From: Methanotrichaceae archaeon
Lineage (GTDB): Archaea > Halobacteriota > Methanosarcinia > Methanotrichales > Methanotrichaceae
Length of the DNA: 64,000 bases
Direction: 5' to 3'
NCBI GenBank assembly: GCA_963803145.1
Contig: CAWDLW010000008.1
Span: 480,001 to 544,000, forward strand
Part shown: piece after piece, positions 29,515 to 39,717 of the stretch
How positions within the stretch are numbered: position 1 is the first letter of the stretch
Layout: each line of letters starts with the position of its first letter
Notes under the pieces: generated by a model
The model's input: only the letters and a program-made list of their open reading frames with translations
Told to the model about the DNA's origin: nothing
The model's database searches: none
Translations under genes and position numbers: made by a program

Positions 29515-29670
29515 CTTCATATCTTTTTATTCTATTTATATCCATGTGGGTCCTCTGGGCAACTTTCCTATTCTTTTCTTTCAGCAGCCCATCTTTTGCC
29601 TTCGTGTTTCCAATTCATAGGCATTTTTGGATTTTGGCAAACAGCGCCCACAACATTGATATTAATATTT

Positions 29671-30909
29671 TCATCTTCTGCGTCGAACAAGCAGCAATGC
29701 CGTCAGCATACTAATAGCTGCGCAATCTCCTCCGAGCCCGGGAATAGCCCGATTCGAGCCTCCCATAAGCTCCAGGGGAGCCATTCCTGCCCATTGGAAA
29801 TCCTTAGGCCCTGTATATCCCAGCTTTTCAGCCTGGCTGAACGCCTCTTTGGCCTTTGCCTCAAATCCAAGCTCCTGCAGGGCTAAGCCACCGTTGATCC
29901 AAGGCTCAGCATATTTCTGGTTCAAGTCGATCGCATCTCTGAAGCATTCCAGGGAGCTGTTCTGCTCTCCGACCTTGACCAACGCCAGTCCCTTATTATT
30001 CCAGGTTTGAGATGAATAATAATCGTCCTCGATCGATCTGTTATAACAGTCGAGAGCATCTTTGTATCGATTCAAATTTGAAAGCACTACTCCTTTGTTG
30101 TACCATGCCCTGGCATTTCCCTGGTCTTGGAGGCACGAACGGTTCAGGCAGTCTAACGCCTCGCCCGTTTTTCCGAGGTTGTATAAGGCTATACCCTTGT
30201 TGTTCCAGGGATCGCTGTTGCCCTGGCTTATATTGATCGCCTTATCGTAAGCGTTCACTGCCTCTTCGTTTCTGCTCAGGGATGCGAGAGCTGCACCCTT
30301 GTTGTTCCAGGTTTCCGCACGAGATTGATCTTGGGCGAGAGATTTATCATAGAAAAACAGGGATTTATCATAAGCTCCCTTATTGAAGAGCTGGTCGCCG
30401 GACGTCCTCCAGGTCTCTGCACCAACTGGATTATCCCCTGAATAATATTGAGCCGAACTCAGGGCATGTCTCCTTGCGGCATCAGAAACCTTAACTGTCG
30501 AGTTCAGCAGCTTGATGACCGTGCCAAGCTCCGAGTCAAGCTGGTCCTTTGCGGTGGGATCGAACTTGAGCGAGCTTCCGATCTGGATGCTGCCATCTGA
30601 GAAGACTATAGCAGTATCTGATTTACTTGCGCTGCCCAGGCGCCAGCGCAAGTGTTCGCTGTCACTTTCCACTACTTTATAAGTGCTCGTGGAATTGACC
30701 TTTTGGTACAGAGAGCCGAGATTCGGCTGAAGCCCAATGTCCGTAAAGACACTTGACCCAAATCCTTTTGCTAATGTTGTTTCTCCTGAGGCCATGGATA
30801 TGCTCAATAAAAGCATGATTCCAACTGCTACAACCACAATTGGTATCTTGCCTCTATTCATGCTTTTACGACCTATTGAAGATAAATGTACATCCGTAGT
30901 TATAGCCAT
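29671..30909 (-). CDS. Surface TPR protein with a PGF-CTERM-like anchor
   Basis: Signal peptide, WNNKG TPR repeats, C-terminal IPGLG-hydrophobic-RRRR. Confidence 0.85.
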   Translation of the reverse strand: MAITTDVHLSSIGRKSMNRGKIPIVVVAVGIMLLLSISMASGETTLAKGFGSSVFTDIGLQPNLGSLYQKVNSTSTYKVVESDSEHLRWRLGSASKSDTAIVFSDGSIQIGSSLKFDPTAKDQLDSELGTVIKLLNSTVKVSDAARRHALSSAQYYSGDNPVGAETWRTSGDQLFNKGAYDKSLFFYDKSLAQDQSRAETWNNKGAALASLSRNEEAVNAYDKAINISQGNSDPWNNKGIALYNLGKTGEALDCLNRSCLQDQGNARAWYNKGVVLSNLNRYKDALDCYNRSIEDDYYSSQTWNNKGLALVKVGEQNSSLECFRDAIDLNQKYAEPWINGGLALQELGFEAKAKEAFSQAEKLGYTGPKDFQWAGMAPLELMGGSNRAIPGLGGDCAAISMLTALLLVRRRR

Positions 30910-31045
30910 CCCAGCAATTATTCTTGTTGCGAACGTTTGTGCTCTGTGTCTTAATGGATGATAATAGGAATTCTATGATTCATTTAGTATCTGAGGTAAT
31001 ATCTATTAGGAATTGCCCCAGTAAAAAAATAATATCGAGGATACA

Positions 31046-31396
31046 TCAGCTCTTTGCTATCGATCCAAGCGCCACAGTTCCAGGCATTGTCGTGATCCCT
31101 TCAGGGGTCGCACTGGCTCCGGATGGCAGCTTTATGGAGTAGGACGATACTCCTCCAACCTTTATGGAGTATGGGACTTGAGTGACCGTGACCGCCGATG
31201 TCGGGGAAGCCTCCGGCGGAATCGAACCTGGCGTGATATTTTGGGCAGGCTCACCCATACTTATCGAATAATTGACCGGCGTCGACCCAATGCTGTAGGA
31301 CTGATTGCTTCCAGACTGGAAGGTGAACCCTACTGCAGGCGATAAAATAGCTGCCGCAAACATAAGGGCTATAGTTATTGCCAAAACGTTTTTCAT
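31046..31396 (-). CDS. Secreted Ser/Thr-rich protein
   Basis: Signal peptide; repeated YSI motifs. Confidence 0.65.
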   Translation of the reverse strand: MKNVLAITIALMFAAAILSPAVGFTFQSGSNQSYSIGSTPVNYSISMGEPAQNITPGSIPPEASPTSAVTVTQVPYSIKVGGVSSYSIKLPSGASATPEGITTMPGTVALGSIAKS

Positions 31397-31539
31397 CTAA
31401 GATTGCCTCCTGATTCCTCTAGTCCTCTTTAACCGCTTTTATATGTCTCATTCACGAGGTTAGCAACTGATCTTGTACATACTTCCCTTTGGAGAGACTT
31501 GGGCTTTTCTAGTTACTCTTCTTATTTATAGGCTTTTAT

Positions 31540-32861
31540 AGGAAAACAGGCAGAAGACCCGCTCCCTTCAGGGGGCGGGATGAATGCCGTACGCTTTCCA
31601 GATTACTTTCGCTCCGTGCTCCATAGCTCTATATTCAAGCGCACTTAGAATAAAAACGAAATGAAGACTGCCTATAAGTTCAGAATGTATCCAACCAGGC
31701 GCCAAGAAGCTATGTTGGACCTGACACTCGAAACTTGTAGACATCTCTATAACCTAGCTTTGGCAGATAGGAAGAATGCCTATGAAGTTGAAGGCATTAG
31801 CAGAACCTATGAGGCTCAAGCTGCAATGCTGACGACTGATAAGAAGGACGGTAATTTCAAGGGTGTCTTCTCCCAGGTGCTTCAAGATGTTCTGAGAAGA
31901 TTAGACAAGTCCTTCAAGTCATTCTTCCGAAGGGTCAAGGCAGGGGAAAAACCTGGATACCCTAGATTCAAGGGCCAAGGCTGGTATAAGTGTTTAATAT
32001 CCTCAAAGTCGTTTACATATCCTCAAGTCGGATTCAAGCTCGAAGGCTCAAAGCTGACTCTCTCCAAGATCGGATCTATCAGGATATTCAAGCATCGAGA
32101 AGTCGAAGGTAAGATCAAGACTTGTACCATCAAGAAAGATAATCTAGGTCATTGGTATGCGATCTTAATATCTGAGATAAAAGATGTGCCTCAGATTGAG
32201 CCAAAGACCGCCATTGGTGTAGATGTGGGCTTGAACAGCCTAGTTGCTCTTTCCACAGGTGAAACCGTTGAATATCCACGGTACTATGTCAAAGCTGAAA
32301 GTAAGCTTGCAGCAGCCCAAAGAGATCTTTCCAGGAAGAAGAAAGGATCAAGCAATAGACGGAAAGCCAAGGCCAAAGTCGCCAAGCTTCACCAGAAGGT
32401 CCAGAACCACAGAGACGAGTTCCTGCATCAAGTATCCAGAAAGCTCGTAGATTCAGTAGATATAATCGTATTTGAAAACTTGAATATCCAGGGAATGTTG
32501 AAGAATCATCATCTAGCTAAGCACATTCAAGATCATGCTTGGGGCAAGTTAATCCAGTTCACAGAGAGCAAAGCTGCGAAGGCTGGCAAAGTGGTAGAAC
32601 TGGTAGATGCGAGATATACATCTCAGAAATGCTCCCAGTGCGGTATCATGGTTCCCAAGCAGCTGGCAGATCGAGTCCATCACTGCCCTAAATGCGGACT
32701 GGTGATGGACCGAGATCTCAATGCCAGCTTGAACATTCGCACCCTCGGACTGAGGGGAAGTGCCTATCAAGATTCGACCCCTACTTTGAGCAAACTATCA
32801 AAGCAAGTCAGATCGATGACGTAGGAAGCCCTGCCCCTTCAGGGGCATGGGAGGAAGTCAC
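31540..32861 (+). mobile_element. tnpB-only IS200/IS605 element (IS1341-type)
   Basis: Left hairpin cccgctccc-ttca-gggggcggg, right hairpin tgcccc-ttca-ggggca, terminal TCAC at 32861; TTTAT just upstream (left boundary inferred). Confidence 0.85.
31661..32824 (+). CDS. tnpB: RNA-guided endonuclease TnpB
   Basis: AYKFRMYP, GVDVG (RuvC-I), FENL (RuvC-II), TSQKCSQCG/CPKCG zinc finger, DRDLNAS (RuvC-III). Confidence 0.95.
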   Translation: MKTAYKFRMYPTRRQEAMLDLTLETCRHLYNLALADRKNAYEVEGISRTYEAQAAMLTTDKKDGNFKGVFSQVLQDVLRRLDKSFKSFFRRVKAGEKPGYPRFKGQGWYKCLISSKSFTYPQVGFKLEGSKLTLSKIGSIRIFKHREVEGKIKTCTIKKDNLGHWYAILISEIKDVPQIEPKTAIGVDVGLNSLVALSTGETVEYPRYYVKAESKLAAAQRDLSRKKKGSSNRRKAKAKVAKLHQKVQNHRDEFLHQVSRKLVDSVDIIVFENLNIQGMLKNHHLAKHIQDHAWGKLIQFTESKAAKAGKVVELVDARYTSQKCSQCGIMVPKQLADRVHHCPKCGLVMDRDLNASLNIRTLGLRGSAYQDSTPTLSKLSKQVRSMT

Positions 32862-32961
32862 AGCCAAAGGCGACTGTACTGAAATGGATATCCGGTATTA
32901 CCTCAAAATCTTTTGGCGAGCATTCAGCCCAAAAAATATTGATTTACATTCAAGTCAATAT

Positions 32962-33855
32962 TTAATATAAAATTTCGTCTACACCTTCCCGAAGCGAATA
33001 CTTGGCCTTAAATCCTAGACTATTTATTTTCGCCGTATCCGCCAGAGTGTGCATAACATAGTTCTTTATCGGGTTCTCTTTGTATTCAGGCTTGAGATCC
33101 TTTCCAAGCATTTCATTCAGCAGATCCGCAACTTGATTGAAGGTATATGACCTTCCAGTCCCTACATTGAATATTCCCGTGCCCTTCTTCGATGCGAGGG
33201 CCAGGGCATCAACAACATCTTTCACATAGGTGAAGTCCCTGGTTTGCATCCCATCGCCGAATATCACAGGCGCATGTCCCTCTCTCATGCCCCACAGGAA
33301 CTGTGTGATCATATTGGCGTAAGCCTTCTTGGCCTCCTCATGGGGACCGTAGACAGAGAAGAACCTCATCCCTGCATAATCGATGCCGTAGAGCTTATAG
33401 TACAGCTCAGCTATGCGTTCTATGGCCAGCCTGGCCTCAGTATAGTAATCCGTAACCTGAATTATCGCATCCTCTCTATGAGGAACTGGAACACCATTGT
33501 ATAACGAGGAGGACGATGCAAATACAACCTTTTGGCTGCTAGAGCGCCGGGCAAGCTCCATTATAGATATCATGCCGTTGATCGCCTCGCCGACAAGGTT
33601 GGGATTCTTCTTATACATAGGAGAAGAGGACGGGATTCCCAAATGAAAGATAACATCCGGCTCCAGGTCAAGGGAGAGACAGTCGTTACAAGATCCTTCT
33701 ATAACTCTGATATCCTTGGCGACCTTCTCAAGGTTCTTGATGCTTCCTGTGTGGAGGTTGTCGAGCACTGTTACCTCATAGTCATTCACCAGCGTCTCGA
33801 CTAAGTTTGAGCCGATGAACCCTGCGCCGCCTGTTACCAATGCTTTCATTTGCAA
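32962..33855 (-). CDS. NAD-dependent epimerase/dehydratase
   Basis: TGGAGFIGS, FASSSSLY, RFFSVYGP, QTRDFTYV. Confidence 0.92.
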   Translation of the reverse strand: MQMKALVTGGAGFIGSNLVETLVNDYEVTVLDNLHTGSIKNLEKVAKDIRVIEGSCNDCLSLDLEPDVIFHLGIPSSSPMYKKNPNLVGEAINGMISIMELARRSSSQKVVFASSSSLYNGVPVPHREDAIIQVTDYYTEARLAIERIAELYYKLYGIDYAGMRFFSVYGPHEEAKKAYANMITQFLWGMREGHAPVIFGDGMQTRDFTYVKDVVDALALASKKGTGIFNVGTGRSYTFNQVADLLNEMLGKDLKPEYKENPIKNYVMHTLADTAKINSLGFKAKYSLREGVDEILY

Positions 33856-34614
33856 TTCCCTCTGAAATAAGCTTTAAAGGCTATCTTAGGCTTACCTGCT
33901 ATCTACTTGTTGCTTGAAAATAAACTTTTACGCGCCCTTCATATCTCCGCGCTTTGTTATACTTGCTGGATAGTTATACAATCCCTAAGAAACCGATGAC
34001 AAGGAATAAACGGCAGAAACTAGATCAAAGCCTCCGCTATTCCGCCAGGTCCTCTTATCACCGATCAATTCAGATACTGGCCAGCGGAGACCCAATTATA
34101 GGCCGAGTTTTGGTTTAGTTCCTATGCCTTAAAATCTTATCCTTTCCTTGACGTAATCTCAAGTAGCCCTGCCGAAAATTTAGATACATAGATTAAAACA
34201 GTCACGAAGATAAAATACTAATCTAAGTTAATTACTCGTGATAAGTATTATAGCTCTTCCTTTTTTATGTCAAATGATATTGTAGCATCGAACGGTAGGG
34301 CACCCTCGGTAGTAGGGATAAAACAGCTTCAGAACCAAATCGCTCAGACGCAGGGGGACAAAACAGCTTACTGAAGGCATGAGATTCAGCAATGAATCCA
34401 GGTGATCGTATGATAGATGAACCTCCTTTCGGTAAGTGGAGTGCCAGCGAGCTAATTCATTGGCGAGTAGTTGACTGTGACCACAACTTCTTCTTGCAAT
34501 CAAATTAAAGAGACCTGATTAAGGCAAGAGATATTCCGCTTTCCAGTTCTCTCCTATAGGTTAAATACATCTGAGGATAACATAGATCCAGTATACCATT
34601 GAGGCCGACCGGAA

Positions 34615-35049
34615 ATGCCGAACGAAATACACTATCAGGAGGAACCAATGAATAGAGCAGTACGTCTTGTATCCGAGGATGATGTCTTCAAATCAATGAC
34701 CTATGCAGCCATGAAGATAAAGGCAGGCAAGCTTAAGCCCGGCGAGATTGTAGTTATCGGCAACCATGAATTCACTGTAGCCGAAGACGATGAGGGGACA
34801 GGGATAACTGTACAAATGATTCTGAGCAGGCAGTTTATCGAAAGCTTGGCAGAAGTCAAGGCCAGTAGTGCCGGCCTGGACCTGAAGGACTTAGATGATC
34901 GCACTCATAGCGAGAGGATGGAACAATTTCTAAGCATGCTGAAGGAGACACTTCGGAAATGGCATGAGACCGAGATGCGCTCGGGCCCTGGAGATAACCT
35001 GACCTTCATCAGGATGGTTTATAAATGGAGCTATGGTAACTGGAAATAG
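34615..35049 (+). CDS. Hypothetical protein
   Basis: 144-aa ORF with typical composition. Confidence 0.6.
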   Translation: MPNEIHYQEEPMNRAVRLVSEDDVFKSMTYAAMKIKAGKLKPGEIVVIGNHEFTVAEDDEGTGITVQMILSRQFIESLAEVKASSAGLDLKDLDDRTHSERMEQFLSMLKETLRKWHETEMRSGPGDNLTFIRMVYKWSYGNWK

Positions 35050-35254
35050 CACCTACGAATCGGAATGGCCCATAAACTGGAAAGACCTATGGCTGGAAAT
35101 AGTATTTAGGGATCGGGAATAGCGCCGATATTCTGAATAAAGGATTAATTGTGTTTCCAGAGGGACTAAGAACATCGAGAATATCAGCGCTATAGCCCAA
35201 ACGAGGATAGCCGATGATTAATATGATCAGTAATATGACGGGATATCAGGAACG

Positions 35255-36190
35255 ATGGATTTCTTTACTCATATCCTGATAGGCCTAATCATTGCGTCAT
35301 TGGCCGATGGCTCCAACACTAATATTTACATTGCTTCAGGCATCTTCATGAGCCTACTCCCGGACCTCGATTTTCTTATGGCCCCTCTATGGAAGAGGCT
35401 TCCCTTCACGGGACATCATGGGATAACTCACACTCTAGTCTTTATTATTGCCGTCTCCGTTTTTATCTACGAAGCCCTTTCATCCCTGTTAGTTCTGACT
35501 GAAGCCTCGGATAAAAGGCTGCTCTTGGTTATTTTCCTGACAGGATTTTCCCATATCCTGGGCGATCTTCTGGGCACAGGAGGTGTGCCTCTTTTCTATC
35601 CTCTCAGTAAAAGGTACTACAAGCTGAACATAGATCTGGGCATCAATCCCGTGCTGACTCTTTTCTCCTTCATTGGAATTGCAGTGCTCTCTTCCGCCTA
35701 CATTGGCTTCACTCACTTTATTGATGCAAGGGGCGCTGCAATGCTGCTTGGATCGGTATTTGTCATTTACTATGCATTCAGAGCTGCACTGAAGATCCGT
35801 GAGGAGATGGCCGAAGAGAATAAAGGCTTTGCTGCCCTCCCTACGGTCAGGCCATATAGATGGAAGTTTGCGAAGAGGACTGAGACACCGGAGGCCATTG
35901 AGATCGCTCTCAAGACATCAAATGGAATCAGAACTTACAGAATCCCTAAGGACAGACGAGATAAAATAGAGCGTTGTGAGGATCTTGCATATACATATTG
36001 GCACCCTCAGGTACAGGGAGAGATGCGCTTCTTCGAATATCCTTGTTATAGGACAAGATGCGAGGAGGGCAGGATGGAGATAACCTGGAACTCGGCTGAA
36101 GCTGGAAAGTTCATTGAGATCAAGGTTATCTGCGAGAAGGGAGATCTAAATTACTGCAAGCTACTTCGCGGCAGAAAAACATGGTTCTAA
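35255..36190 (+). CDS. Membrane metal-dependent hydrolase (YdjM-like)
   Basis: MDFFTH, LPDLD, HHGITHT, SHILGD. Confidence 0.85.
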   Translation: MDFFTHILIGLIIASLADGSNTNIYIASGIFMSLLPDLDFLMAPLWKRLPFTGHHGITHTLVFIIAVSVFIYEALSSLLVLTEASDKRLLLVIFLTGFSHILGDLLGTGGVPLFYPLSKRYYKLNIDLGINPVLTLFSFIGIAVLSSAYIGFTHFIDARGAAMLLGSVFVIYYAFRAALKIREEMAEENKGFAALPTVRPYRWKFAKRTETPEAIEIALKTSNGIRTYRIPKDRRDKIERCEDLAYTYWHPQVQGEMRFFEYPCYRTRCEEGRMEITWNSAEAGKFIEIKVICEKGDLNYCKLLRGRKTWF

Positions 36191-36219
36191 TTCCTACCAA
36201 AGAATTATAGTATTTTATG

Positions 36220-36325
36220 GGTGATAGTTCATCGTTTATTTATTTTGGGAGTGCGCTAGTAAAACCACTAGTTTTAGCACCAAAAGTAAAGTCAGAGCGG
36301 TTCCAGGATGGACGTTCTTGAATTG
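36220..36325. repeat. Repeat R outlier, partial
   Basis: gagtgcgctagtaaaaccactagttttagc...aaagtcagagcggttccaggatggacgttcttga. Confidence 0.7.
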
Positions 36326-36497
36326 TAGTCAATAGTAAGCTCTATGTCGATTATCCAATCCAGCGACGTTTCACTACAAAGGCACAAAAACATCAAAAAC
36401 GAACATGGCGACATTTACCTTAAGCTGATGCTTGCAAGGGTCAATCGCAATGGAAGGAAAGGATTTTCAGATCAATTGCTCTCGATTGGAATAATAT

Positions 36498-38570
36498 CTA
36501 TTTTTCTTGGCTGCATCTCCCTTGAGCTGAATAATCTGCCCAGCTCTTGAAGATGCTGTAAACATTTGTTGCCCCCATAATAGGTTCATCCGGGATGCTC
36601 AATGAATTAGGGAACAAGATAAACGGCTGAGTCTGAGTTCCGCCCAAGCCGCCATGTGAGCCCACTAGCTCCTCAAAGGCAGCAATCTCGCCAGTCTCAG
36701 GGTTATAGAAGCTGTTCACCAGTATATCGGGACAATCTTGAAAGCCGTCCTCACGGACGAGATGTCTTGCAGCATTCGGCCCGAATACTTTCAGGGGATT
36801 TTCGCCTTCTATATGATTTTTCTCAATGAAGTATATGCCCTTTTTTCCAAGTACCATTCCCCCATGCTCTTTTGAGTGGACCATAATAAATCCGACACCC
36901 TCATGCTGTACCAGCCCAGGAAGAAGCAGGGGAAAGCGCTGGCTTATCTCCTCAAAATTCAGCCTATACAGCCAGTCTGCGAAGTAGATCAGCCCCAGGT
37001 TGCCCGATGCAGTAACGATGATATTGGCCCCTTTAACTTCAGCATTCTTGTTGCATTCCTTGCAAACAATCTCATGATCAGGTCCCATCGTGATAGTTCC
37101 CTCATAGGTCCTTGGCTTGAATGCATGGCGAAACGCCTTAGCCGAGAGTCCCTCCTCGTTTCTGATGGCATCGTTCAGAAGATCATTGAAATGCATCCAG
37201 GCGTCAGTTGCTGCCGTAATCTCTTCTACACTCAGATCCTTTGAGATCAGGCTTTTAACCAGGTCCTTGAGGCTCAGACCATAGCGCTGCCTGAAGGTCG
37301 CACCCTGGGATTGGCCGTGATCAGATAGAACGACAAAGCGGTAGGGCCTGGGTGCTCTCTTGGATATCCTTTCCAGACGAGCAAACTGTTTATCTAAGCG
37401 GCGCAGCGTTCCTAGCGCATCTTTGCGTTCGATGCCGGAGTGGTGGGCCACCTCGTCATAGCTGCTGAAGGTGGCGTAGGCTGCAGGTATCCCAGCAAAC
37501 ATGTCGCCCATCAAAGTTGCAACATCGATATCTGGTAGAAAAGCTGTGACAGCAGCCCTGATGAAGGGATAAATTCCAAGTCTGCGGATTCGGGGTTTCT
37601 CATTCCGGAGCAGCTGGCTTAGACTATATCTCAGCTCAACGAGCAAATCCCAGAGAATGAGACCTAAACTGCGAGAGAGGTTATAGGGATTCAGGAAATA
37701 GGCATAGAACTGGCGCGCCTGAATCTTGGATGTATTGAAGAGTGAGCTTGTGGTGATCATGACATTGGGCGCATCCCCTGAGAACATACTCGTTCTACTG
37801 GCCCCATCACTAACGAGAAGACCATTTCCATTTGTGATCATATTCTCTATCCTGGCAGCTGAAGGGGGATGACTGGATATTACCTTCCTTTTCTCGGACT
37901 TTATGTAATATGAAAAGCCGGGAATGTTTGTATTGTTGCCGTGAAGTATTCCAGCCTGGCTTGCCGATGTCTGCGATGAAAGATCCGTCTCCCATCCAAT
38001 CAACCTATGGCTGCCGCCTTCCAGCCAGCGCTTCAGAGTGGGCATAAAGCCTTTCTGCAATGCTTTTTGCAAAATTGGCTCGGCTAGGCCATCGATCTCA
38101 AGAAATATGATGCCCGGAATCTCAGTCTTCAATAATCTCCTGTCCTTTTGGATCTGCCTCTGAACAACCATGCTGTACCATGAGTCATCTTCATCGATGG
38201 AAAGCATTCCACCCAGGCCCGATGTTATGAGCGACATTCCTATGGCTACTCCCATCGCTGAGGCCAGCCCATGAACGAAGAAACCTGGCACAAAATTGCT
38301 AGACAGCTGAATCATCAAGCCATTCAAGATTAACACGAAGGTGCCGAAGGTGTAGATGGCAACTGGGAGAGCAAGGCGGATTAAGGCTGGCCAGATGAGG
38401 GCATTGAGCAGCCCGATTGTTGCTGCTGCAATTATGGGCGTATACCAGAACTCAATGGTAAGATTCTTAGGAAAAAGCACAGCAATGATTATCAGAGATA
38501 AGGAGGCAATAGCCCAGATGGCCAGCATGCGGCCCATGAACCTCAAGGAGGATATCTTCAGTTTTCTCAT
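36498..38570 (-). CDS. 4-TM holin-like (YvlD-type) domain fused to an alkaline phosphatase/phosphodiesterase domain
   Basis: N-terminal GLLNALIWP..TFG.F.LILNG; EIDGL, SQTSASQAGILHG, YDEVAHH, LSDHGQ, GSHGGLGG. Confidence 0.85.
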   Translation of the reverse strand: MRKLKISSLRFMGRMLAIWAIASLSLIIIAVLFPKNLTIEFWYTPIIAAATIGLLNALIWPALIRLALPVAIYTFGTFVLILNGLMIQLSSNFVPGFFVHGLASAMGVAIGMSLITSGLGGMLSIDEDDSWYSMVVQRQIQKDRRLLKTEIPGIIFLEIDGLAEPILQKALQKGFMPTLKRWLEGGSHRLIGWETDLSSQTSASQAGILHGNNTNIPGFSYYIKSEKRKVISSHPPSAARIENMITNGNGLLVSDGASRTSMFSGDAPNVMITTSSLFNTSKIQARQFYAYFLNPYNLSRSLGLILWDLLVELRYSLSQLLRNEKPRIRRLGIYPFIRAAVTAFLPDIDVATLMGDMFAGIPAAYATFSSYDEVAHHSGIERKDALGTLRRLDKQFARLERISKRAPRPYRFVVLSDHGQSQGATFRQRYGLSLKDLVKSLISKDLSVEEITAATDAWMHFNDLLNDAIRNEEGLSAKAFRHAFKPRTYEGTITMGPDHEIVCKECNKNAEVKGANIIVTASGNLGLIYFADWLYRLNFEEISQRFPLLLPGLVQHEGVGFIMVHSKEHGGMVLGKKGIYFIEKNHIEGENPLKVFGPNAARHLVREDGFQDCPDILVNSFYNPETGEIAAFEELVGSHGGLGGTQTQPFILFPNSLSIPDEPIMGATNVYSIFKSWADYSAQGRCSQEK

Positions 38571-38788
38571 AAATCCTCGATATATTAGAGCCAGTATGCA
38601 TCCCTAAAATCTTTTACGATGTACTCTATTGGATCAAATTGAAACTGCGTTCGAACTATCTTATGAAAATACATAATACGAATTGCATATATGAAAGGTT
38701 TATAAATAGATAGATTAGATAGCGATCTGATGTTATAGAATCGGCGAGTAATTAATCGCAGTAGAGCAGCAAATATGGAGGTCTATGC

Positions 38789-39517
38789 TTGGAAAAGAGA
38801 TATGTGGTTCTCCTAATATCGTTCGTATTACTTTTCACGGCTGGTTTATCATCATGTCAAGATAATTCCCAAGCAGACAACGGTCCTATCCTGGGGAACC
38901 AAACGGCACCTGCATCAATGAGCACAATTAGCCAAGCAAATGCAGCTCGAGTGGCAACCGTCGCGAATATCAATGCTACAGCAGCCCAAAACTTGAAGTA
39001 TATCTGGACAATAACCGGCATCGAGAACGATCCAGTCACTATGGCCTTGGATCAGGATGGACAAGACCTCTTTGGCCGGGCTAAGTACGCGCCTGATAGC
39101 GGCGAGCCCTGGAACGGGAACGTCGCAGGAGTCACCTCCGGAAATGAAGTGCATCTTGTTATAACTGCTCTGAAAGGCGATAAACAGGTTTCAACAGTGC
39201 TTGACGGCATCTTTGACGATGGAGGAATTACAGGCAAATTCTTCCAGACCAGTGAGGGCGAGATATCCAATCGTGGCGAGTTTAACGCCATGTGGATAAA
39301 CCCAGATTTGTCTAGCTATACACCCGTCGAGATCAAAGACAACAATACAGAGATGCAAGCTCAAACGGCCAACGCTATCGCACCTGCTGATGTAAATCAG
39401 ATATCTCAGCAGAAGTCCATATACCATGATGTTCATCAAGATGCAGATAGAGTCTTGACAGGAGTAGGTGATATAAGCCAGATACCTATAGGAATGGGCG
39501 GCAGCGGCTTACCTTGA
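38789..39517 (+). CDS. Secreted hypothetical protein
   Basis: Signal peptide with Cys. Confidence 0.7.
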   Translation: MEKRYVVLLISFVLLFTAGLSSCQDNSQADNGPILGNQTAPASMSTISQANAARVATVANINATAAQNLKYIWTITGIENDPVTMALDQDGQDLFGRAKYAPDSGEPWNGNVAGVTSGNEVHLVITALKGDKQVSTVLDGIFDDGGITGKFFQTSEGEISNRGEFNAMWINPDLSSYTPVEIKDNNTEMQAQTANAIAPADVNQISQQKSIYHDVHQDADRVLTGVGDISQIPIGMGGSGLP

Positions 39518-39717
39518 ATTCTTAATAGGGTTCAGATGTTGTCGATATCGAAGCTCATTCTTGTTCCCTACATACTCCCTAGCAATCACAACCTACTTAG
39601 GGACGACTCCCGGTTCTACGTATTAATAAGAGTTCTTAGGTAGGAAGGCCTTTTATTCCAACACATAGCTTTAAGAGAATGTACTAACACCATACTAAGC
39701 TAAACAGGGGGGTAACC

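Larger units (their letters stand above)
28054..29545 (-). pseudogene. HEPN (HepT/DUF86-like) plus MNT toxin-antitoxin remnant, interrupted by an IS
   Basis: Removing the IS restores MDINRIKRYEDKANIILKRADQIKMW...KTKLATYKAFQEMIEA; downstream MNT-like tail MPLYLKMAVIEEGVVVYAKDILELYEYFYFFRKLWEDQ. Confidence 0.6.

Noticed and set aside
36498-38570. Prophage lysis module
   Set aside because: The holin-like domain is fused to a phosphatase domain and no viral genes are nearby.
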